Positions 49,921 through 62,478 of a stretch of 64,000 nt of DNA are shown here, piece by piece; within the stretch, counting starts at the first letter, position 1, and each line of letters starts with the position of its first letter. Source of the stretch: Azolla caroliniana (Eukaryota; Plantae; Polypodiophyta); contig JBHGNT010000001.1 in assembly GCA_043228905.1 (NCBI GenBank), forward strand, positions 36,208,001 through 36,272,000. Reading direction: 5' to 3'. The notes below the pieces were generated by a model. It made no database searches. It had not been told where the DNA came from and saw only the letters and a program-made list of their open reading frames with translations. The translations under genes and the position numbers were made by a program.

Positions 49921-50908
49921 TGTCGTGAAGATCCGTCACTATGCGCGGATCGTGAGGCGGAACCGCCGGGGTTCTGGACCAGAAGGATTTAGAGTCGTTT
50001 GGCGAGAAAGTACTTAAGATAGATTGGGAAAGAGAGAAGATGAGATTACACGATTGCTTTGATAACGAATTCCTTCTTCTTAATTTTCATAAAAAAAAAC
50101 CATGTTTTTCTCTTCCCCCTTCCCTCTTTTATAGATGCTCTCATGCATATGATGCATGTGAGGGTACAAGGCATGCATAAATTGCATGTTTGCCATTTGG
50201 CGCTTAAGTATTACATGTGGTGCATGCTAACCATGTCACTCATTTTAGCACTCATGGATGAGAATTTACATGTAAAAGTACAATGATAGAAATATAATTT
50301 TAACTAAATACTATGGCTTAATGGTAAGCCATTTGAATCCTAACTTGGAGGTGCAAGGTTTGAATCCATACTTGCCCTCCTTGTATATGTAAATATGTAT
50401 ATATTTTTATATATTTATTTTATCTAGTCGCCGGTTCGCCGGATACCGGTGCCGCCGCCGGATACCGGTGCTGCATGCCGCCATCGGATTGCGGTCGGAT
50501 GCCGTCGGATCACCGGCTCCATCGCCGGTCCGGTTTTGGTTGGCCAAATCCCTTTACGAGTAGCTAGCCACCTCCACTCTAAGTTCAAGTTACCTTGAAC
50601 TCTCTATGCTTCACACATAGACACAAAGATAATATCTTTTGCTCCACATTATATATGATGAGAGCCGTATTTGTCGTGCCTATGTGGGATATCTCACAAT
50701 TTTCTCTTTTCTTTTCACAAACTTTATACCCTCATATCTTGACATTTAGTTGTCCATTTCTCGTGTAATAAAGTGCATTCGAAACCTCCATCATTTTGTA
50801 CTTTAGATATTAAAAATGTTATCTTCACAATTATTGTATTACATGATTCATACTCGATTTTGTACGTTTTATGGGATTTTCACACTATTGCTGAAAATCT
50901 TCACGACA
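49921..50908 (-). repeat. 5' LTR of the Gypsy element (988 bp)
   Basis: Adjacent to the PBS and matches 37715-38734. Confidence 0.95.
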
Positions 50909-51084
50909 ACGTACTTGCATAACTATATGCATCCATTATTCAATTTATGGTATTCTTAGATGTGGATGCGACTTTAAGAAAATCACATGATCATTATTTA
51001 GTATTAGTTGACTCTTTAATGACCCCCATGCTTTAAGATTGAGTTGTTATACAATGTTTAGATCTTTTAAAGTATAAGTGGTGA

Positions 51085-51473
51085 CCTTAATAATGCTCAC
51101 ATACATCTCCGCACCATGCTTATTGAATTTTGGCTGTTATTTGTCCATACACGACGTGGTCAATATGATGATCGGTAGGGTTCATCTGATGTTCTATAGC
51201 AACGTGAAGTAGCCTTTCAGAAACGATGGCAAGGGCTTCACTTATTTTAAGATACAACTTTTGGTCTGAGGTGGAATTATGCCATACCTTCTTTTTTGTT
51301 GAATAGCTCGTAGTTTTTGCTCCACTTGTTTCTTATATGATATCATTTGTTTGATCATATGTTGGTACTCTCCTTTGTATCACAATAGAAGTCAGATGAA
51401 ATGTCTCCTTTTGTTTTCTCTATGTACATTTCTCACGCAATATACTAAGGTGTCTCTTTCTTTAAAAAAAAAA
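51085..51473 (+). mobile_element. LINE 3'-end fragment (same family as 52141-54063)
   Basis: Homologous to 55962-56439 (NNAHIHL..MLIEFW) and ends in poly(A); no TSD found. Confidence 0.75.
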
Positions 51474-52140
51474 GACTCAGGTTAGAAATGATAGAGAGAG
51501 ACATAGTGTCAAGTTAGAAATAATGGGCTTGATTCACACGCTTTTATTGGATATTGTTTTGCTGGTTTATATTTTACATAAATCTCGTAGCCATCCTTGC
51601 ACCTTCCATTGTCATGATTCGTTCAGCATTCAATGTGGATGCAAGAATATAGTCATAGTCTATAGCTCTTTCAAAATTATGTTTCTTCAACACTTTCCAA
51701 TCAACATTCACAAACTTCCCAACATTATAGTCAAGAAGACAAGTGTCCCTTTGCATGGAATTGCATTTCTCTCTATTAAAATGTTCAAGAAGTAACACCA
51801 TAATGGCCTAATCCTACATAGTAGTCACATACGTTATTATCTCCTCAACAAAATCTACCAATAACCATGATTGTGATTGCAAAACACATATCTTGCAACA
51901 ATGAAGATAGATGAGGCATCATATACATATCCAAATACAATAGTACAATAATCCCAATTACCATGGAGTTGCCAAATAACTCCAATTACTATGGAGTTTC
52001 TCTCTCTCTCTCTCTCTCTATGAATGTTGGCTTGGTGGATTATTGGATAATCATCGTTAGTTCGCTTATAACCCAACTACATAAGACTATCATGGAACAA
52101 AAGATTGGGTAATGGGGTGTAAGTCGTAACAAACGAGTAC

Positions 52141-54063
52141 ATTTTTTTTAAAAGGAAGATGCACCTTAGTATATTACTTGAAAAATCAACATAGGAAAAA
52201 TAGAAGGAGACATTTCATCTCACTTCTTTTTGTAAGATACAAAAGCTAGTACATTTAATCAAATAGATGATGTCATATATGAACAAGTAGAACAATACTT
52301 ACTATCCACTATCAAAAATAAAAGAAGGTATGACATAATTTCGCTTTGGGCCAGCAGTTGTCTTTGAAAATGACTAGAGTCCTTGCCATTGGTTCTTAAC
52401 GGCCACTTGCCGTTGCCACAACATATCATCTAAACCCTGTAGATCATCATATTGACCATGTAGTGTGTGAACAAACAACATCCAAAATTCAATAAGCATG
52501 GTGTTGAGTTCTATATGGGCATTGTTAAAAACAGAATCACATCTCGCTTTCCATATTATCCAAAGAGCCAATGATGTAATAGTACGCCAAATGACCAGAT
52601 TTTTAAGTCTAAACCGTGAAATAGAAGAAGGAAACGAGGTGAGAGAGAGGTGTCCATAAGAAAAACGAGAAACATGAGATGCATGCATACTTTCATACCT
52701 CATAACCTCTCCATGAAGGACACCCCACAATACTGCACCCCAAGAGAATATTGAACGAGAGTAATGTTGTCTCAACAATAAAAACAACTTACTCCAAAAA
52801 TTGTTGATCTTGGGACATAACCAAAACACATGCAAAATCGATTCAATAGATGCACCACATTGCAATCCACAAGCATATTGTTGATGTTGTCTCAAACAAT
52901 CACCAACAGGAAGAGCATAATGAATCAACAACCATCGAAAGGAAATGACTTTTTTCGGCAACTGCATGCTCCACAACCATTTCCAAAATTTTGTAAGTTG
53001 TAATTCCCGCAGATTATTCTCAGACTAGTGCTTCATGGCAACATGGCATTTATACTTTGATTACAACAATAAATTTCTACCTAGCTTTACCGAATATTGG
53101 AAAAACTCCAAATGTTTACTGTTTCCACCAAAACTCGCCTTTTTCCATTGATAATCAGCCGGATCCCAATCTAAAATTTGAAGAGTTTGTTTTTGAAAAA
53201 CCCATAATGAGCAATACAACAAGCATTCTTGAAAGGGTGGATCCAAAGACCATTTTTCCCCGATCTTGCGACTACTCGAACATCCAAAGTGTTGGTGGAC
53301 ATCCACACATATGATGTAGAGTATACATGCCACAACCTACCATCATCATCAACATTAAAATACATAGCATCACCCAGAGTATTAGTTACTTTAGCTCCTA
53401 AAATAACTTTTAAAGGAGAAAAATAACCAAACCATATTTGATTACTTGAGGGAGACCATGAACCCATAAATTGTCCCAATGCCACTTGCATATCATTCAT
53501 TACTCATAACAACGCCTTGAATGCATCGATAAATATCGTAACGGGTGGTTCATAACATGGCATCCCCATGAAAGAACATTACATGTAACTGATTCATCCA
53601 AAGCTGCCCAATTTAGCCTAGAACGGTTGCCAAGTAGAAAACCTCTTGCATCAAGGAAGAGAAAATTCTAGGTCAAAGGTTGTCTCAACAAATCGTCCAT
53701 TGTCAAAGGCATTTTTCGAACCAGAAATTTCTTAACAACAACCCAACTTGTGAGAATTCCATTGAAAAATCTATCTTCTGGTAAGGATGTTTTAAAGAAA
53801 TGAAAATTCTGAATAAATGCCCACCTTAATGAGGGTTGCCAAACTACGCCTATTGTCGGACACATAGTAGACAACCTATGCATCATTAGTTGACTCCAAA
53901 TACCATGCATTGGCAACATAGTTCTACACACAAATTTAGAGAGCAAAGCCTTACATTGTGATTCCGTATCCACCAAGCCCAACCCACCATTTTGTCTCGG
54001 AGAAATCAATAATGCCCAAGCTACTTTAGGCCTTTTATTCTGGACTGTTTTTCCTCCCCAAAT
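52141..54063 (-). mobile_element. 5'-truncated L1-like LINE (ORF2 C-terminus with zf-RVT, 3' UTR, poly(A))
   Basis: KVAWALLISPRQNGGLGL, CGLQCGASIESILHVFWLCP, LWIIWKARC; TSD GTAACAAACGAG(T/C)AC at 52126-52140 / 54064-54078. Confidence 0.88.
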
Positions 54064-54224
54064 GTAACAAACGAGCACTTAGGCAAGTATGCTTTAGATC
54101 AAAACAATGCAATTTTGAAAGTTTTGTTGTACACTTACAATAATCATAGAAAGTTAACTTCAAGGGAAAACAATATTGTCTTTGTATGGAGGTAAAACTT
54201 TTTGACAAAATAACATGAAGAGAG

Positions 54225-54422
54225 TTTTTTTTTAAAGGAAAAAAAGAAAAAAAAAGAAAAAGAAAGAATAAAAAGAAGAAAGAAAGAAAGATGCACCTTG
54301 GTATATTACGTGAGAAATTTACATAGAAAAATAGAAAGAGACATTTCATCTCACTTCTTAATGTAAGGTACAAATGCTTGTAGATCTGGCCAAACAGATG
54401 ATGTCATATATGAACAATAAGA
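54225..54422 (-). mobile_element. Very short LINE 3' UTR insertion (same family)
   Basis: Homologous to 52141-52290; TSD ATGAAGAGAG at 54215-54224 / 54425-54434. Confidence 0.75.
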
Positions 54423-55441
54423 ATATGAAGAGAGCTTTGGGATAGACAAATAGACATTGGGATGCAAATAAAGTATAATAAAATATAAGATGGTTGTATT
54501 AGTATGCATTTACTCATCCAACCGCATATGGAAATTGGGTTTCACTTTTGGAATAGCATGAGAGGTGTTTCACCGCACCTTGCACGATATGGAATTAAGA
54601 TTTTCATGAACTAAGTATTCATCAATCATATAAGAGGCTAGAGACAAGTCTTAGGTCCATAAAAAAGTTTGCACTTGCCTATTGAAAAGGAATGAACGGC
54701 ATACACTTTATTTTATGCATTCATAAACGTAAAGCGAGAGTAAATACAATTGCCAAGAAGAAGCATTAGATGCTCCAAAACTTCAGCAATTCTCATGCAA
54801 CGTGGAGATGTTATGCTATTCTCATGCAACGTGGTTTCATAGCAACTTTTTTTTCATATTGGTAGGCTTAATTGTTAATGTAAAGAATGACAAAAGTACA
54901 TATATAAGTGAGGTTTTGCTCAAAATACAAGAAAATAGATGAGATCAAGAGATAATATGTTGATGGTGTATAAGACATAAAATTGATGCTAGGTGACTCA
55001 ATATTGATGCTGAATTCAAATGGTCCGATAAGAATGAGGAACGTCAATAAATGGTTTTGAACCCTTAAGATAAAAAACAAGTTGCGCCAATCCAATGTGT
55101 GAGATTACATGCCATGTTGTCAGATGAGATCACCACATGTGAAAACTGTACAAAATTTCTAGAATTATTTTCATTCCATTGGGTTATAATCATTCAATTG
55201 GGCATTAATTAATGTTAGTTGCATGAGACATATGGTAGATATTTTGTATGTACGGCCTCACAACACATCCATTCTATTATTGTGATGTGAATTGGTCTTG
55301 CTTATGCACATATCATTGATGGAATTTAGCTATCTTCATTGGAAAATATTAATTAAGAAATGTTTTGTGTGTGTGCATGAAAGAGAGAACAAAAGATTAC
55401 AAATTGGGAATATTACAATGATAAGAGCCTTACTAATAAAA

Positions 55442-56803
55442 TAAATAGATGGAAGAAAAAATAAATAAATCTATTTAGTCTAAGTTTGTGGTAGAGATGG
55501 ATGATGTTAATGGAGGACGAAGCATTTCTAGGGAGTGACAGGGAGGATTGATTATGTGTTTATTTAATTTTCAGATTTGGGGAGTGCTTCCCTATTTTTT
55601 TTTTGTAGATGAGTGGAGAAAAGCTATGAAAATCTATACTACTTAGGTAGCAGGCTCTACATGTTGCTGTCATCGGCATACATTTTTCGACACCAACCAT
55701 TGGAATTCATCGGCAAAGTTTTGTTCAGATTGTAGGGAGTTCTAAAGGTGGCCAATTTTGTATGCGTGTTTGCGAGATGTAACCTGTTTTTGTGAACCTT
55801 GGAATTAGGGCTGAGGCGTGCTTTGGAGAAATTGGCTAATCAAAATGAGCAGTCATCCATTGTCCTTAGTAGGCATTATGTGAGATGGAGAATGCCATAT
55901 GATGCTATCAAACTGCATCAAAATAGAAGGAATGCTGAGCAATATATGGTACAACACATATATTTTATTCCACGGTTTAGAAAAGAAAATTTGGTTATTT
56001 GGCATACTATTACATTATTAGCCCTTTGGACCATATGGAAAATGAGATGCGAGGCTGTTTTTAATAATGCTCACATACATCTCAGTACTATGCTTATTGA
56101 ATTCTTGTTGTTATTTGTTCATACCATACATGGACAATAAGATGATCTGCAAGGTTCAACTGATGCTCAAAGGCAACGTCAAGTGGACTTTAGAAACGGT
56201 GGCTAGGGTTTCACTTATTTTCAGATACAACTTCTTTTTTATGCCATACCTTTCTTTTTTATTGCATAGCTTGTAGATTGTGCTCCATTTGTTCCTTATA
56301 TGATATCATCTATTTGATTAGATGTTGGTATTAGCTTTTGTATTACAATAGAGGTGAGATGAAATGTCTCCTTTTGTTTTCTATATGTACATTTCTCAAG
56401 TAATATACTAAGGTGTATCTTTCTTTAAAAAAATAAAAGGGTACAACACATATTTTTGTGGCCCTTATCAAAGCTCGTTCGCAACTTGAGCGAGTGTCTC
56501 TGGATGCGATAATAGTTTCTTGGGATTTCAAGTTTGCAGTGGCATAGACTCTAGTGATAAATAAAACCAAAAATCCATATTCAGCTTGTAAAAAGAGGGG
56601 TTTTTTGAACGTAGTGTTGTTGTTGGTAATTCCTAGCTTGATATGGATGCTAAATATGGTTGTATTACTGAAGCTACATGAGTGTTCAATAGTTTTCTAG
56701 TTAAATATGTTGCAATATTCTTTGTAATAGTGGACTGTTTTGTATATTGCCTTTGGCCACTTTAAGTTTAATACCAATGGAGGATATTTTTTATGGAAAA
56801 AAG
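55442..56803 (+). mobile_element. Older 5'-truncated non-LTR element containing a nested LINE insertion
   Basis: 18-bp TSD AGAGCCTTACTAATAAAA (55424-55441 / 56804-56821); 3' end AATGGAGG..TATGGAAAAAA. Confidence 0.7.
55962..56439 (+). mobile_element. Nested LINE 3'-end insertion (same family as 52141-54063)
   Basis: NLVIWHTITLLALWTIWKMRC; TSD GGTACAACACATAT at 55948-55961 / 56440-56453. Confidence 0.85.
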
Positions 56804-58650
56804 AGAGCCTTACTAATAAAAAATGTTAATCAACCTATAATCAACACTTAACATATTTCATGAATGGGTGTATATGGGATATCCTTTACATGAATGTATA
56901 TTTGATGTGCACATGCGTTCACATACAATGCAAATGCTTGAGCTTGTTTTTTGAAGTACACTTTTAGTTTTGTGACATATAATCTAAAAGACACAATCAT
57001 GTTTAGCTTGATTTTGTTAACTCTTTGACCTCAACATAAGTTTGAATCTTGTATCCATAGATAAGTTTGGCAATCCTCTAGACAATCATGATAGTTATGG
57101 AGCCTTTTGACTTATCAGTCGGCACAGTGGTTCACATGGTCCATGTGTCCACAATGGTCTTAACCAAGGGCTTATTCAACATGGGAATGCGGATACATAC
57201 AAACTTGATTGTTTCATTGATGAGGTGTTCCTCTTGTTATGTGTGATTATCATTCATGTTGACAAGACTAGATGACCTTATCCACCATGTAAGACATTAA
57301 GATGTGGGTTGTGAGGTAGAACTCCTATTGTTTGGGTACAAGAAGTTAGCAACAAACATTATATTAGCTTTATGCGTAAGAGTGACATAGGGGTGGATTC
57401 TTGTTCAAGGTTAGGGGCGAGGCTATTTGATATCAAATTAGTTTGTTGTTGAGTTTCTTGTCATCTAGAGATGCAACATGCTTTCTTGCACTTGTTTTGC
57501 TTTTCAAAATCCTCATCAAGTCACGGTTTGGTTGGTGTATAATTTCCCCAAGGCTTGTGTTTATGTACAAAGTCATTTGCATGTATGTAGCCTATTACAA
57601 TAGAGGTCATCAAGAGGAAGGAAATGGTTACATGTAAAGCAGTATGCAAGATTAGAAATTTAAAATACAAAGCATGATAGACATGAAGGAGGAGAAGAAG
57701 ACAACCTGAAAAGTGAAAAAGGAAACCATAAGAAAAGCGATAGTAATGGAGGCATTACGCCTAGCAATTTGATCTGATTTTAAAGTACAAAATTTGGGGG
57801 TTAACACATGAGCATCTAATAAGATCAATTTCCGTGAATTTTGAAGTGCACATAGTAAATAGGTGGACCGTGGACTATAAAAACCAGAGCACGCATCATC
57901 ATGAATGCATAAAAATAGGTAGTACATATACAAATTTGATTGAGAGTAGATGAGAACGTCCATCTTTAAACCTTGTGCATTGAATTCAACATCTATACAA
58001 CTCTCATTTCATTATTAATGACATTGGTCTACTTCCTAGTCTCTATCAATCAAATTCAATTCTTGATAAACATCATCTTTTGGAACTTGGCAACTTGTAT
58101 TTTTCCCGTAACAACTAGCCATATGATATAGTAGATCATTCAACAACAACTTTTGTGTGTGTGTAATTTCAGGAATAGGGCAAAATGAGAGGCCAAAAAA
58201 CATAGTAACGAAAGATTGAAAACCATTGTATTATCCACAGTAATGTGCATCACCTTTCAAGTGGCAGGTGTAACTATTGAATATATTAATTGGCTAAAAA
58301 TGTAGTATGGGGGGACCAATAACGAATGAAACATTCGATAATGTGCGGCTTCTTGTAATAAACCCCGTAATAAAGCCTAAAAATATTGAATATGTTTCGT
58401 TGTGTATTAATTTCAACATGGTTTACACAGGACAAGGTTGCACGGTACCTTAACAACATACCATCAACTTTTCTATATGGGACCAACAACATTTGTAATT
58501 TGGTAGTCGAATGGGTTCATTAAGTTTAGGCACACATTGATTTACCCAAATAGTAAATGTTTATACATACGTTTTATAGATGTGTATAATAAATACAAAG
58601 GGGATGCAATACAATAAAGCATTGTGAAAATATGAAGCGAAACAAATAAA

Positions 58651-59042
58651 CTAGTTATTGGTGGTATGGCAATTCAATCGAACTTCGCCATCGGTGCCAG
58701 TTAGAATTTGGAAGGAAGATAGCTTGATAAAGGCAGAAGAGAAAGCATTGAAAAAAGCAGCTGGGCTTGTTGCAAAGTTTTGAACTATCGGCGCCGTGTT
58801 TGGGTCAAGCCCAAGCTCAGAGTCAATAGTGAGGAGGCCACGTCCACTCGTGACATCACGATAATAAGCATTGTCAAACACCAAGCTCGTCGTGTCCAAT
58901 GGTGCCACACCATTGACTGGAAATGCGGGTGGGCATTGAGCACGCAAGTTGTTTGCGAACAACCCATCCAAATTGGGGTCGGGAAATGGGTATAATCGGT
59001 TCACAAAATTACTACAATGAGACACGCCTAACGTGTGTGCTC
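58651..59042 (-). CDS. Class III secretory peroxidase, exon 3
   Basis: AG acceptor at 59043-59044; GAHTLGVSHC (proximal His), FDNAYY, GEVRLNC, TAG stop. Confidence 0.92.
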
Positions 59043-60534
59043 CTGTCAATGATTAGATTGCACAAGAAAAGTCATCCATTAATAACTATTTGCATTGATA
59101 GCACTTTACTCAATATCTACATTAATTAATACACTTTATATGCCTATTAAGAATACATGATTTGCACAACATTAATGACTTCAAAGTCCTCATGCCAACA
59201 AAAAACTTCAATGGGTTCAAATGGGAATGTGGCATGTCATCTACTTCCCTTTTACTAAGAGGAAAGATAATTTTATTCACATGCACATGAGAACTAGATA
59301 TTTAGAGTGCCCAACCATGCAAGTTATGTCTAAAAGCTAAAAGTCTTGAGTCTTGACCTATAAAGAGAGAATAAGCCACTAAGACAAATTGGTGCAATTA
59401 TCTCAATGAATTTTAACAAAAAAAGGTGAAGAACGCATAAAAACGTGTGGCTCATAGTATAAATCTACAGTGAGAAAATGAGTAGAACTCTTGAGAAAGA
59501 ATATATCTTGAAAACAAAAAGTGTTTTTTTTTCTAGGTTGTCAAAATGTGGGTCTGAAAAGGGAGATTGGGTCCAATAGTGGGATAATTTTGAGCCTTGG
59601 TTAAAGGTGGAAACAAGCAAGGATGCTTGCGCCCAAACACTTCCACCTACTACATTCGGGTCCCCCAACTAGTCACTAGTACATCTAACAGACACATTCT
59701 CTTGTGTATGTTCTTTTTTGTCTTCTTATTATTTATAGTTGCTCCTATCTGTACATGATCAACCAATTATCAACATATTTTCCACCGAAAGGGTTTGCCA
59801 TCAAGGCAGAACCTTTGCAGATTGAGACAATGCAAATTGCTCTCCCTCTAACTTATGTGAATGGATCTTCCAAACTGCGACTTCACAAACGTAGAACCTT
59901 TTTCATTGAATGTCCAACCCCACATCCAATAACATTGGGTATTTGTTCTAATCATCTATGGTTAAGAAATGCTAGGCACGCCCTAGCTAGTAAATCCGAG
60001 AACTTGGATTATTGCTACTTACTATTTCTAATTGGACGGCGGGCATATGGTGTAACAGAGATAACAGGAGGCTTAATTTTTTGACGATTCATTCTAAACC
60101 TTGCGATCACGAGGACACCATTGAGAACTTCGACCAAGCAAAACATACGTACTAGATTGACAAAACACGCGAGAGCGTACGTAGGAAATGAAGCAATTGT
60201 GTGTGTGCCTATGTAGAGCCACACTTTTAGCTTACAACTTCTAAAAGATCCAATGTCCCTTTCCTTCATCTTTCTTTGCTTTTCCATTCTTCCAAAACTC
60301 ATTAAATGCATGGAGCTATCCGTACATAAGAGTTCGGTGGACTCTCAAAACACACAAAAATAATAATTCACCAAGCCGTTGTTTTTAAAAGAAAATATTT
60401 TCGTTTCTGTTGTTGTTTGTGTTTTTACTATTTTGGGAAACATTGCAAATTAGCCCTGTCCGGTAAGCCCGGAGTGGTAAAGAGCAAGGGTGTGTAAATG
60501 TGTGTTGAAAATATGACTTAGGTAAGTTTGTTAC

Positions 60535-60889
60535 CTAGGATGGCCACACTCTCTTCAAGAGTCATCCCCATAGCCCCGAACTCATTGGCAAAGTCGGACA
60601 CGCTCACGGTCGGGGCGGGGAGCGAGTTGTCGGCGTCCGATTGGCTAGTGTCGAAGCCATCCACACGGCCGAGTGGGACATTGATGTCGGGTCCCCCATT
60701 GAAGCGGACCGCCTCCTTGGCAGCAAGCACAATGATGTCCGCGCATGACACGGTCTGCGGGCACACAGATTCCAGCTCTTGTTTCACCGTGTCGATTATG
60801 TCAAGGCGTCGTATCCCGAGGTTCGATCCCGACTGGAGCTCGGACGTCCCGTCTGACCCAATGTCCAACAGGATGGAAGCATCGCAACC
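60535..60889 (-). CDS. Class III secretory peroxidase, exon 2
   Basis: CAG|GGT acceptor; GCDASILL, VSCADII, LGRVDG; G|GTAAC donor (phase 1). Confidence 0.92.
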
Positions 60890-61808
60890 CTGTCCATCCA
60901 TCATAGAAGGGTATCTATCATTAGGAACCAATGTAAAGACACTCGCTAGACGGTGCAAAAGAAGTTTACATGCAAATACGTTGCAATGCAATGCATTGCA
61001 TGTTGCGATTAGTTATGCAACATTCCCAACAATGTTTTTTATGACCCTAGCAAACTGCGGAAATGATCAGCTTAGTTAGTCATGGTTGTCCGAGGAAACG
61101 GAACACGTTATGCACCGATATAAGTCTTGTCTCGGCCATTTTGGCAGCTTTCGAAAAATTTCAAACATAAGGCAAAACATTCCAACACAAGGCAAAACTT
61201 TGGAACAGAATATAAAATCTTGGAAAATGTACACATGAGCACCTTGCTAACATGCAGGTAAATAGATGTCGATTTAAAACCTATATAATTGACAAGAATT
61301 AGCTTGAAAAAAAAATTCAATGAAGATATCTGAATTCACGTATTCCAATCTGCCGATAAAATTTCACTAAATTAAGGGTAGAAAGGATTATTGATGGATT
61401 AATGAGGATGAATTTTATTGGGTAGAAATTGAAAAGATCATGGTGCGTAATGTCTCTTAAGCCGGAAGGCAGAAATGGAAGTAAGGAAGACTTAGGGAAC
61501 ATATTTGAAATTTGTACAGTTACTATTCAGAAAAACAAAAGATCAATAACAGAGTATGGAATTAATGAAGATTAAGGGAGGGCACAAATGTTGGGATGAA
61601 GCAAGACCAAAGGGATTAATGCATTGCAGGTGGGGAGGAGGGTTAGAAATGTAATTAAGTGAGAATTTAATGGGCGAGGAGCAAACATAGAATTGATGCA
61701 AAAACTAAAGGGCCAGAATTTCAAACACAGGATTCATGAAAGAAGGCAAAATCGATGGTAAGTGCAGATTAATACATATTGTAGAGAGACAGAGACAGAG
61801 ATTGATAC

Positions 61809-62087
61809 ATTGACTTGGCAATCATGGAAGAGGAGGCGAAGCATGGCGGCGGGGGCGGTGGAATCTCTTTGGAATTGAGACTGTAGACTGGAACGAGCGA
61901 TCGCTTCGACGTTGGGGCACGTTGTACCGTAGAACCCTCCACTACCACTGGCTTGTGCCCAAACTCCATTATAATAGCTCTTAGAAGAACCATGAGCCCA
62001 TAGCAGGGCGGCCATGAACAAGAGTGGTGCCATGGATACAAGTAGCCTTAGCATCCTAAAGCCATGGCCAATTGTCAGAAGCCCCAT
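61809..62087 (-). CDS. Class III secretory peroxidase, exon 1 (341 aa in total; peroxidase-29-like FHDCQV motif)
   Basis: Hydrophobic signal peptide, FYGTTCP, LRLLFHDCQVN (distal Arg/His), GT donor at 61808. Exon lengths 279+355+392 = 1026 bp, in frame. Confidence 0.9.
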
Positions 62088-62426
62088 TCCTCAAGCCAAA
62101 AGCTAATATCACTATGAAATGTTTGAGGAACCAACACACAAAGAACACAATAATGCTACACAACCTTAGTAGTAGTTTCTTGTGGGGGGGATGGTGCGTG
62201 TATATATATAGCCCAATGTCTTACTTATAGTTACTAATGGCTATAAAGGTTACATGTGTGGAAATAAAAACTACTTTGGGTGTGTGTGTCTGTGTAGTAT
62301 TAGTAGTAGTAGCATTTATACCCCATGCGATTGCGTAGCTAAGGGATCTTGCTATCAACTTTTTGGCCTCTTTTCGTCATGCCAACTAATCTATTGGCTC
62401 GAAACGCCCACAACCGTGAAGAATCC

Positions 62427-62429
<3 letters not shown>

Positions 62430-62473
<44 letters not shown>
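62430..62473. repeat. (CT)n microsatellite upstream of the peroxidase
   Basis: Perfect dinucleotide run. Confidence 0.9.

Positions 62474-62478
<5 letters not shown>

Larger units (their letters stand above)
37715..50908 (-). mobile_element. Full-length non-chromoviral Ty3/Gypsy LTR retrotransposon, interrupted by Copia C
   Basis: LTRs 37715-38734 and 49921-50908 with a 12-bp terminal inverted repeat TGTCGTGAAGAT/ATCTTCACGACA; TSD ACGT (37711-37714 / 50909-50912); PBS at 49895-49912; PPT GGTGGGGGTGGA at 38735-38746; order gag-PR-RT-RH-IN; no chromodomain seen. Confidence 0.95.
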
